From positions 83,878-147,877 of the forward strand of contig JAZSEA010000075.1 of assembly GCA_045531455.1 (NCBI GenBank): DNA of 64,000 nt, read 5' to 3'. The notes beneath the pieces were generated by a model. That model ran no database searches, was not told where the DNA came from, and saw nothing but the letters and a program-made list of their open reading frames with translations. The position numbers and the translations under genes were made by a program. Of the stretch, positions 1 through 7,846 are shown piece by piece; the stretch's first letter is position 1; each line of letters starts with the position of its first letter. This DNA comes from Eubacteriales bacterium (lineage in GTDB: Bacteria; Bacillota; Clostridia; Oscillospirales; CAG-272).

Positions 1-21
1 ATAGTTTTCATTCCTTTAACA

Positions 22-651
22 ATGTATATGGGGTATAACGTTTTCGGGCTTACGAAGAAGAACAGACTATCCGTTTTGCTCTGCACACTCATCCCGCTTG
101 CAGTAGTGATTAACAATTTACCGATAATCGGCTTGATCACAGGTGCTGCTTATCTCACAAAACCGTCATACTATATAGTCGTATTCGCGCTTGAAACGTT
201 TTTGATTGGCCTGTTTGAAGAATTTGCATTCAGAGGAGTTCTACTTCCTTACGTTCTCGAAAAGAGAAGATCAACTAAGAAGAGTATTTTCTGGGCAACT
301 GTGATCTCATCTGCTGCTTTCGGCGCTATACACCTTTTCAATCTGTTCGCGGGTGCAGGAATTGGAGGAGTTATCCTACAGGTTGGATATTCTTTCCTTA
401 TTGGCGGAATGTGCGCTATCGTCTTGCTTTACACAAGATGTATCTGGATTTGTGTAATACTTCACGCAATTTATGATTTCTGCGGATATCTTGTTCCGAC
501 GCTCGGAGACGGTATCATATGGGATCCTGCAACAGTAGTTATTACAGCTATACTCGGCGTTTTTGCATTGATTTTTATGCTTGTATGGCTACTCAAAATC
601 GATCCTCAAAGAGTCAATGAACTATACAAAGATAAAACAGCATCCGATTAA
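22..651 (+). CDS. CPBP family intramembrane glutamic endopeptidase (CAAX-protease-like); N-terminus may lie upstream of the window
   Basis: Carries the CPBP signature motifs EEFAFRG and HAIYDF plus FGAIHLFN, and is hydrophobic with multiple TM segments. The reading frame is open from nt 1, so the true start is uncertain. Confidence 0.8.
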   Translation: MYMGYNVFGLTKKNRLSVLLCTLIPLAVVINNLPIIGLITGAAYLTKPSYYIVVFALETFLIGLFEEFAFRGVLLPYVLEKRRSTKKSIFWATVISSAAFGAIHLFNLFAGAGIGGVILQVGYSFLIGGMCAIVLLYTRCIWICVILHAIYDFCGYLVPTLGDGIIWDPATVVITAILGVFALIFMLVWLLKIDPQRVNELYKDKTASD

Positions 652-668
652 TGGATGCTGTTTTATTA
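636..668. terminator. Bidirectional hairpin terminator between the CPBP gene and rnhA
   Basis: 10-bp stem AACAGCATCC/GGATGCTGTT with a 7-nt loop containing the + strand stop codon, followed by TTTATTATTT. Confidence 0.75.
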
Positions 669-1103
669 TTTGTACTTATCAGCAGAGGCTGTTGCGAGCT
701 GATCACATCTTTCATTGTAGGGGTGACCTGCGTGTCCTTTCACCCAAACGAAAGTGACGTCGTGCTTATCAAGCAAAACAAGTAATCTTTCCCAAAGATC
801 GGGATTTGCCGCAGGCTCTTTATTGCTTCTCATCCAGCCTTTTTTCTTCCAAGAGTATACCCATCCTTTTGTAACCGCATCGCAAAGATACTTCGAGTCG
901 GTCGTCAAAGTTACCTTGCAAGGGAATTTCAATTCTTCCAGCGCACGAATTGCTCCCATGAGCTCCATTCTGTTGTTGGTAGTCGATGCTTCGCCGTCTG
1001 TCAGCTCCTTTTCGTGCACGCCAAATACTAGTATTGCGCCCCACCCTCCGGGACCAGGATTACCTCTGCAGGCTCCGTCTGTATATATCTGAACTTCTTT
1101 CAT
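666..1103 (-). CDS. rnhA: Ribonuclease HI
   Basis: [22 protein letters not shown]... and the C-terminal [17 protein letters not shown] are typical of RNase H1. GAGG lies 6 nt before the ATG at 1103, so the ORF-track start at 1130 is probably 9 codons too long. Confidence 0.9.
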   Translation of the reverse strand: MKEVQIYTDGACRGNPGPGGWGAILVFGVHEKELTDGEASTTNNRMELMGAIRALEELKFPCKVTLTTDSKYLCDAVTKGWVYSWKKKGWMRSNKEPAANPDLWERLLVLLDKHDVTFVWVKGHAGHPYNERCDQLATASADKYK

Positions 1104-1222
1104 TATAACCTCACATACTGTTCTTTCCATTAAAGTATATCATAAATTTCCCATTCTTTCAAGAGAAATATTAAAAAATACGAATTTGCTTAGATAATAA
1201 ATCAATTATTTACAAATAAGTA

Positions 1223-1251
1223 TTGCAATTTGTCAATAATTAAGGTATAAT
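1223..1251 (+). promoter_or_regulatory. Promoter of the E2-like gene (TTGCAA-17-TATAAT)
   Basis: TTGCAA at 1223..1228 and TATAAT at 1246..1251. Confidence 0.6.
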
Positions 1252-1289
1252 TTATCATCTGAAAATATCCTTGAAAGCAGGAAATTACT

Positions 1290-2231
1290 ATGAGTAATAA
1301 AAAAGATCAGGTTCAGGCTTCCGAAGCGCAGACCGAAAACCGCCTCCAATACAAGAAGAGACGCAGAAGACTCGGTGACCGAAAGGATGGACGAAAGCTC
1401 AGAACTCTTCAGCCGATGAACAGACTCATGCCTTACATCATGAAGAAGAGAAGTGACGCACAGAACACTTTCGCCGATAAGATCGAGGTATCCAAGGCTG
1501 ACGTTCTTTGCAGAAAGAAGGTCCTTGAGGGCAAGACAAATTTTTCTTTCTTGCATATCCTTTTAGCCGCATATCTCCGAGTAATTACTCAGAGGCCTGC
1601 TGTCAACAGATTCGTCAGCGGTCAGAAGATCTACGCAAGAAACGAGATCGTATTTGTTATGACGATCAAAAAGGAAATGTCTCTCAGCGCACCCGACACC
1701 GTTATAAAGATCAAATTTTCCCCCGACGATACTCTCGATGAGGTATACGAAAAGTTTAATACGGTTGCTACCGATGCAATTGCTGCACTTGATAAGCAGA
1801 CTGCGTTTGACAAACTCATCAAAGTATTCAATTTCATCCCCGGATTCTTCCTCAGATTTATCGTCTGGATAGTTGAAAAGCTCGATTATATCGGATGGCT
1901 CCCCAAGGGATTTATGGATCTCCTTCCTTTCTACGGCTCTATGATCGTAACAAGTATGGGATCGCTGGGAATCAATCCAATTTACCATCATATCTACGAC
2001 TTCGGCAACCTTCCTGTTTTCCTTTCTTACGGAAGAAAGCGAAGCGTGTTTGAGTATGATAAATCTGGCAATCTCAACAAGAAGAGATATATAGATATAA
2101 AAGCTGTTACAGACGAGAGAATCTGCGACGGATATTACTTTGCTTCGGCATTCAAATATTTTAAGAAGCTTGTTGAATCTCCGGAGATACTCGAAACACG
2201 AGTAACAGAACTCATAGAAGATATAGAATAA
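1290..2231 (+). CDS. Stand-alone 2-oxoacid dehydrogenase E2-type (CAT-fold) acyltransferase-domain protein with a basic N-terminus; motif His replaced by Glu
   Basis: The C-terminus IDIKAVTDERICDGYYFASAFKYFKKLVESPEIL aligns with the E2 signature (S)DHRxxDG....F.....E.P. There is no lipoyl or E3-binding domain. The N-terminal ~35 aa are Arg/Lys rich (KKRRRRLGDRKDGRK). Confidence 0.6.
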   Translation: MSNKKDQVQASEAQTENRLQYKKRRRRLGDRKDGRKLRTLQPMNRLMPYIMKKRSDAQNTFADKIEVSKADVLCRKKVLEGKTNFSFLHILLAAYLRVITQRPAVNRFVSGQKIYARNEIVFVMTIKKEMSLSAPDTVIKIKFSPDDTLDEVYEKFNTVATDAIAALDKQTAFDKLIKVFNFIPGFFLRFIVWIVEKLDYIGWLPKGFMDLLPFYGSMIVTSMGSLGINPIYHHIYDFGNLPVFLSYGRKRSVFEYDKSGNLNKKRYIDIKAVTDERICDGYYFASAFKYFKKLVESPEILETRVTELIEDIE

Positions 2232-2236
2232 AAAAT

Positions 2237-2262
2237 AAAACCCCAATTTGGGGTTTTATTTT
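2237..2262. terminator. Bidirectional hairpin terminator between the E2-like gene and udp
   Basis: AAAACCCCA-ATT-TGGGGTTTT followed by ATTTTTTATT. Confidence 0.8.
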
Positions 2263-3030
2263 TTATTGCTGTTCGATCATAATCTGAAGTGCTCTGATGG
2301 CTGTTCTGATCGCCTTGTCGGTATCGTGATCCTCTTCGGCGTCAGTATCAAGTCCAAGAGCTGCACGCTCTTGATTCCAGACAACGTGGAATACGGCTCC
2401 GCATCTTAGTCCGAGAGCGGCACCGACAACAAATAGAGTTGACGCTTCCATCTCGCTTGCAAGAACGCCAAGCCTCTTCCATGCTTCCCATTTCTCGTTA
2501 AGAGCAGATGCTATAGGCATTTTATTGGGACTGTGCTGACCGTAGAAAGAGTCCTTGCTTTGAACCACTCCGGCGTGATAAGGATAACCTATATCTTTTG
2601 CTGCTTCGATCAATGCAAAGAGAACATCCGGATCGGATACGGCAGGAAACTCGTATGGAGCGTATTCACCGCTGGTACCATCCTGTCTGACAGCTCCGGT
2701 TGCCACAACAACGTCTCCTGCACGAACCATTGTTGATATTCCTCCGCTTGTGCCGACTCGAATAAAAGTATGTGCTCCGCAAGCAGCTAGTTCTTCAACA
2801 GCAATGGCTGTTGAAGGGCCTCCGATTCCTGTAGAACAAACGCTGACTCTCTCTCCGAGGAGCGTTCCGGTAAAAATTGTGTATTCACGGTTTTGCGCAG
2901 TCAAAACGGGATCATCGAGATATGCTGCAATTTTCGGTACTCTGCCGGGATCTCCCGGAAGTATGCAATATCCTCCGACATCACCGGGGCAGCAATTGAT
3001 ATGATACTGAAGTCCTTCGGTTTTTAACAT
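2263..3030 (-). CDS. udp: Uridine phosphorylase (PNP/UDP family 1)
   Basis: [16 protein letters not shown]..., [23 protein letters not shown] and EMEASTLF align closely with E. coli Udp. GGAGG lies upstream of the ATG. Confidence 0.88.
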   Translation of the reverse strand: MLKTEGLQYHINCCPGDVGGYCILPGDPGRVPKIAAYLDDPVLTAQNREYTIFTGTLLGERVSVCSTGIGGPSTAIAVEELAACGAHTFIRVGTSGGISTMVRAGDVVVATGAVRQDGTSGEYAPYEFPAVSDPDVLFALIEAAKDIGYPYHAGVVQSKDSFYGQHSPNKMPIASALNEKWEAWKRLGVLASEMEASTLFVVGAALGLRCGAVFHVVWNQERAALGLDTDAEEDHDTDKAIRTAIRALQIMIEQQ

Positions 3031-3048
3031 AATCTACCTCCTGAAAGG

Positions 3049-3077
3049 ATTATACATATATTATTACAGAAAATCAA
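3049..3077 (-). promoter_or_regulatory. Promoter of udp (TTGATT-17-TATAAT)
   Basis: Minus-strand TTGATT (3077..3072) and TATAAT (3054..3049). Confidence 0.6.
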
Positions 3078-3253
3078 GCAAAAATCAAGTACTTTTGTAA
3101 AAAAATACTGATAAATATTCAATAATTTCTAAACTCAATGACAAAATATTAACAGTATTTGACATAAGTTGAAATCTCGGATGCCAAAAGTTGCATAATT
3201 CAGCATATAATTGCTTAATAATCGTTAATTTATGAAAAGTTTTGTCAAAAGGC

Positions 3254-3282
3254 TTGCAATTTGTACTGGTTTGTAGTATAAT
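3254..3282 (+). promoter_or_regulatory. Promoter of the citrate synthase-acn-icd cluster (TTGCAA-17-TATAAT)
   Basis: TTGCAA at 3254..3259 and TATAAT at 3277..3282. Confidence 0.65.
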
Positions 3283-3314
3283 ATTAAGAAATTATTAAAG
3301 ACGGAGGAACAACA

Positions 3315-4682
3315 ATGATTGAAATATCAAAAAAATCAAATTTACTTGAGCAGAAATCGTACAGATATCAGCTCCAGGATATTGATGAACCTAATCTCTA
3401 CCGCGAGATTTACACATATACAGAGATACCCAAGGTACCCTTTAACCACCGCAGAGTTCCTCTCGGAATGCCCTCGGAAATCTGGATAACAGATACATCT
3501 TTCAGAGACGGTATGCAGTCTCAAGCCCCTTATACTCCGCAGCAGATCGTAGATCTCTATAAGCTATTAAATAAGCTCGGTGGTCCAAAGGGTATCATCA
3601 GAGCTACAGAGTTCTTTGTTTACAGTGAAAACGACAGAAAAGCTCTTCACGCTTGTCAGGAGCTCGGACTTGAATTTCCTGAGATCACCACATGGATCCG
3701 AGCAAGCCTTGAAGATTTCAAGCTTGTAAAAGATCTCGGAATCAAGGAAACAGGAATTCTTGTTTCCTGTTCCGATTACCATATTTTCAAAAAACTGGGC
3801 ATGTCCCGCGGTGAAGCGATGGATCATTATCTGAGAACCATAAGTGCCGCTCTCGAAATGGGCATCAGACCGCGTTGCCACTTTGAAGATATTACAAGAG
3901 CTGATTTTTACGGTTTTGTAGTACCTTTCGTAAATGCTATTCAAGCACTCTCCCGTGAAGCAGGTATCCCCGTTAAGATCAGAGCCTGTGATACGATGGG
4001 ATACGGTGTACCTTATAGCGAAGTAGCGCTTCCTCGAAGCGTCCCCGGTATTATTTACGGACTTCAGCATTATTCCGATGTTCCCAGCGAACAGCTCGAA
4101 TGGCACGGTCATAACGATTTCTATAAGGGCGTTGCCAATGCAACCTGCGCTTGGCTCTTCGGTGCTTGTGCAGTAAACTGCTCGCTCCTCGGTATAGGAG
4201 AGAGAACAGGTAACGTTCCGCTTGAAGCTATGGTATTTGAATATGCATCTCTCAGAGGAACACTCGACGGTATGGATCCCACGGTTATTACCGAAATTGC
4301 AGATTATTTCTCAACAGAAATGAACTATCATATTCCGCCTATGACTCCTTTTGTAGGCGAGGATTTCAACAAGACCCGCGCGGGAATCCACGCAGATGGT
4401 ATGCTTAAGGATGAAGAGATATATAACATCTTTGACACCGGTGCTATTCTTAACAGACCCGCAGGCGTCACCGTAAGCTCCACATCCGGTGCCGCAGGAA
4501 TCGCTTATTGGATCAACTCTCATTACCGTCTCAGCGGAGACGATATTATCTCAAAACGCGACCCGATGGTCACAGAGATCAAAAAGTGGGTTGATGAGCA
4601 ATATGCTAACGGAAGGCAGACGGTAATCTCTACCGCTGAACTTGAGAAGTTTATTGTAACATATAAAAAGGATAATGAATGA
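3315..4682 (+). CDS. Homocitrate/2-isopropylmalate synthase-family (HMGL-like) enzyme; gene context suggests Re-face citrate synthase
   Basis: DTSFRDGMQS and HGHNDFY... are DRE-TIM metallolyase motifs. The size is 455 aa. It lies directly upstream of, and overlaps, the aconitase gene, which is followed by icd. GGAGG RBS present. Confidence 0.7.
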   Translation: MIEISKKSNLLEQKSYRYQLQDIDEPNLYREIYTYTEIPKVPFNHRRVPLGMPSEIWITDTSFRDGMQSQAPYTPQQIVDLYKLLNKLGGPKGIIRATEFFVYSENDRKALHACQELGLEFPEITTWIRASLEDFKLVKDLGIKETGILVSCSDYHIFKKLGMSRGEAMDHYLRTISAALEMGIRPRCHFEDITRADFYGFVVPFVNAIQALSREAGIPVKIRACDTMGYGVPYSEVALPRSVPGIIYGLQHYSDVPSEQLEWHGHNDFYKGVANATCAWLFGACAVNCSLLGIGERTGNVPLEAMVFEYASLRGTLDGMDPTVITEIADYFSTEMNYHIPPMTPFVGEDFNKTRAGIHADGMLKDEEIYNIFDTGAILNRPAGVTVSSTSGAAGIAYWINSHYRLSGDDIISKRDPMVTEIKKWVDEQYANGRQTVISTAELEKFIVTYKKDNE

Positions 4683-6621
4683 TATGAAAACACCAAAAAC
4701 AATTGCAGAAAAGATTCTGGCCGCACATCTTGTTTCGGGTGATATGACCCCGGGTAGTGAGATCTCAATAAAGATCGACAGAACCCTTACACAGGATGCA
4801 ACGGGCACGATGGCTTACATTGAATTTGAAGCAATGGGCATCGATCGCGTAAAAACTGATCTTTCCGTCGCTTATATTGACCATAACACTCTCCAATCGG
4901 GATTTATGAATGCCGATGACCATAGGTTTATCAGAACGGCTGCGGCAAAGTACGGTATTCATTATTCCAGACCCGGCAACGGTATTTGCCATCAGGTAAA
5001 CCTTGAGAGATTCGGTGTTCCGGGTAAAACTCTTATAGGTTCAGACAGCCATACGCCTACCGCCGGCGGTATCGGTATGCTTGCATTCGGTGCGGGTGGG
5101 CTTGACGTAGCCGTTGCTATGGGTGGCGGCGCATATTCTATGATTATGCCTAAGATGTATAAGGTCAATCTTACCGGAAAGCTCTCGCCCTGGGTCACCG
5201 CCAAAGACGTAAGCCTTGAGATCCTCAGAATTCTGTCTGTAAAGGGCGGAGTCGGTGCGATAATAGAATGGGGCGGTGAAGGTGTTAAGACGCTCACGGT
5301 GCCCCAGAGGGCAACCATAACCAATATGGGTGCAGAGCTTGGGGCAACCACTTCGATCTTTCCTGCAGATGAATACACAAGAGCGTTCCTGGCAGCGCAA
5401 GGCAGAGAAGAGGATTATACGCCTGTATTCTCTGACGACGATGCAGAGTATGACAAGATAATTGAAATTGATCTTTCAACTCTCGAGCCTATGGCAGCCT
5501 GCCCCCACTCTCCTGATAATATTAAGAAGATCAGTGAGCTTGCCGGAACCCCAGTGTCGCAGGTTTGCGTAGGTTCGTGTACAAACTCCTCGCTCGCTGA
5601 TATGATGACCGTAGCGGCGATCCTGAAGGGTAATAACGTCGCCTCTCACGTAAGTATGTCGGTTTCTCCCGGCTCTAAGCAAGTTCTTACAATGCTCGCC
5701 GATTGCGGTGCGCTTACTGATATCATTTCGTCTGGAGCAAGATTACTCGAATGTGCTTGCGGTCCCTGCATAGGTATGGGATTCTCGCCCGAGTCGGGCG
5801 GACTTTCGCTTCGTACCTTCAACAGAAACTTTGAAGGCAGAAGCGGTACAAGAGATGCGGGGGTTTACCTTGTATCTCCTGAGGTTGCAGCCGCATCTGC
5901 AATCACGGGCGTTATAACAGACCCGAGAACTCTCGGAGACTATCCTGAAATTACTATTCCCGATGAATTCATTATTGATGACAGCGGCGTGATTCCGCCT
6001 CTGTCTGCAGAAGAAGCAAAGAACGCCGAAGTGCTCAGAGGCCCCAATATCAAGAGCTATCCCGATACGGAACCTCTTGAAGATACAATTGATCTGCGCG
6101 TATCTCTTAAAGTTGGCGACAATATCACTACCGACCACATTATGCCCGCTGGTGCAGCGGTTCTCCCTTACAGATCGAACATACCGAAGATGAGTGAGTT
6201 CTGCTTCAACGTATGCGATCCTGAATTTCCAAGCAGAGCAAAGAATTACGGTAAGAGCGTTATTATTGGCGGAGTAAACTACGGTCAGGGATCGTCCAGA
6301 GAACACGCGGCACTTGTTCCGCTATATCTTGGCGTAAAGGCGGTGATAGCAAAGAGCTTTGCAAGAATCCACAAGGATAATCTGATAAACGCAGGTATTC
6401 TTCCTTTGACCTTTACCGATCCTTTTGATTATGATTTGCTCTCCCTTGGAGATGAAATAGAAATCTACGGACTGCATTCAAGCATAAATAGCGGAAAATA
6501 TACTCTGATAAATAAGACAAACGGCACAAAAATATCTCTTGAATGTGTTCTGTCCGATCGACAGATTGAAATTGTGCTTGCAGGCGGTTTGATCGCCGCG
6601 ACCGCAAACAAACAGAAATGA
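4675..6621 (+). CDS. acn: Aconitate hydratase (4Fe-4S)
   Basis: Cluster and substrate motifs IGSDSHTPTAGG, VGSCTNSS and CACGPCIGMG are present, with the swivel domain at the C-terminus. Overlaps the upstream gene by 8 nt. The start could alternatively be the ATG at 4684. Confidence 0.92.
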   Translation: MNDMKTPKTIAEKILAAHLVSGDMTPGSEISIKIDRTLTQDATGTMAYIEFEAMGIDRVKTDLSVAYIDHNTLQSGFMNADDHRFIRTAAAKYGIHYSRPGNGICHQVNLERFGVPGKTLIGSDSHTPTAGGIGMLAFGAGGLDVAVAMGGGAYSMIMPKMYKVNLTGKLSPWVTAKDVSLEILRILSVKGGVGAIIEWGGEGVKTLTVPQRATITNMGAELGATTSIFPADEYTRAFLAAQGREEDYTPVFSDDDAEYDKIIEIDLSTLEPMAACPHSPDNIKKISELAGTPVSQVCVGSCTNSSLADMMTVAAILKGNNVASHVSMSVSPGSKQVLTMLADCGALTDIISSGARLLECACGPCIGMGFSPESGGLSLRTFNRNFEGRSGTRDAGVYLVSPEVAAASAITGVITDPRTLGDYPEITIPDEFIIDDSGVIPPLSAEEAKNAEVLRGPNIKSYPDTEPLEDTIDLRVSLKVGDNITTDHIMPAGAAVLPYRSNIPKMSEFCFNVCDPEFPSRAKNYGKSVIIGGVNYGQGSSREHAALVPLYLGVKAVIAKSFARIHKDNLINAGILPLTFTDPFDYDLLSLGDEIEIYGLHSSINSGKYTLINKTNGTKISLECVLSDRQIEIVLAGGLIAATANKQK

Positions 6622-6631
6622 GGATGATACG

Positions 6632-7804
6632 ATGAGTAATAATGAACAGTATATAAAGAATTGTGTAGAGCAGTTTGAGACTCTCCTTAAAGAACAGTAT
6701 GCACGTGCTGAAAAGATGAAGAACGCTCCTGCTGCAATAGATTATACTAAGCTTGACAAAATAATTATAGGATGCTGCGGTGGAGACGGTATCGGTCCGA
6801 TAATCACCGCTGAGGCGAGAAGAGTTCTTGAGTTTCTTCTTAAAGACGCAGTATCTGCAGGCAAAGTAGAGCTTCGCGATATCGAAGGATTGACTATTGA
6901 GAACAGAATTGCACATGATAAGGCTATTCCCGATGACGTCCTTGCAGAGATCAAGGAGTGCCACGTGCTTCTGAAAGGTCCGACCACCACTCCAAAGGGC
7001 GGTACCGGTGCCAAAGAGCTTGAAAGTGCAAACGTGGCTATGAGACGTGAGCTTGATCTTTTCGCAAACGTACGTCCCGTTGCTATTCCCGAGGAAGGTG
7101 TTGATTGGACATTCTTCCGCGAGAACACTGAGGGCGAATACGTCCTCGGAAGCAGAGGAGTTGAGATCCCCGATTATCTTTGCTGTGATTTCAAGGTTAC
7201 AACTGACGCCGGATGCGAACGTATTGCAAGAATGGCGTTTGATTTTGCAGTAAAGAACGGTAAGACCAACGTAGCAGTCGTTACCAAGGCGAATATTATG
7301 AAGAAGACAGACGGTAAATTTGCTAGAATTGCTCGTCAGATTGCCGCCGCTGACTATCCTTCGCTTACCGTAGAAGACTGGTACATCGATATTATGACCG
7401 CAAAGCTTGTTGACACGCGTGGAAGATCTGATTTCCAGGTATTCCTCCTTCCCAATCTCTATGGCGATATAATTACCGATGAGGCTGCTCAGCTCCAGGG
7501 CGGTGTAGGAACAGCAGGTAGCGCAAATATTGGTAACAGATACGCAATGTTTGAAGCTATCCACGGATCTGCTCCGCGTATGATCGAAAGAGGTGACGGA
7601 GATTACGCTAATCCTGCAAGTATGCTTCGCGCTGCTGAGTTGCTTCTCAAGCATATCGGATATACCAATGAAGCAGCAAAGCTCGGTAAGGCGCTTGATA
7701 TTTGCACAGCTCCTGATGCAGAGCTTAAGATCACCGGAAGAAAAGACGGCGCAAGCTGTAAGGAATTCGGCGACTATATTATGAAGGTCTGCGAAAGCTT
7801 ATAA
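6632..7804 (+). CDS. icd: Isocitrate dehydrogenase (isocitrate/isopropylmalate dehydrogenase family)
   Basis: NLYGDIITDEAAQLQGGVGTAGSANIG and EAIHGSAP are family motifs. GAGGA RBS present. Third gene of the citrate-aconitate-isocitrate cluster. Confidence 0.88.
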   Translation: MSNNEQYIKNCVEQFETLLKEQYARAEKMKNAPAAIDYTKLDKIIIGCCGGDGIGPIITAEARRVLEFLLKDAVSAGKVELRDIEGLTIENRIAHDKAIPDDVLAEIKECHVLLKGPTTTPKGGTGAKELESANVAMRRELDLFANVRPVAIPEEGVDWTFFRENTEGEYVLGSRGVEIPDYLCCDFKVTTDAGCERIARMAFDFAVKNGKTNVAVVTKANIMKKTDGKFARIARQIAAADYPSLTVEDWYIDIMTAKLVDTRGRSDFQVFLLPNLYGDIITDEAAQLQGGVGTAGSANIGNRYAMFEAIHGSAPRMIERGDGDYANPASMLRAAELLLKHIGYTNEAAKLGKALDICTAPDAELKITGRKDGASCKEFGDYIMKVCESL

Positions 7805-7815
7805 TTCATACTATA

Positions 7816-7846
7816 AAAGCCTTTGGCATTTGCCAAAGGCTTTTTC
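7816..7846. terminator. Bidirectional hairpin terminator between icd and addA
   Basis: AAAGCCTTTGGC-ATTT-GCCAAAGGCTTT followed by TTTC. Confidence 0.85.

Noticed and set aside
3071-3090. A tandem AAAATCAAG motif occurs here, with related copies near 57808..57826 and at 56125..56133.
   Set aside because: On the minus strand these are simply TTGATT -35 hexamers, some duplicated, placed 16-17 nt from TATAAT boxes of the udp, 272-aa-protein and smpB promoters. They are not a separate repeat family.
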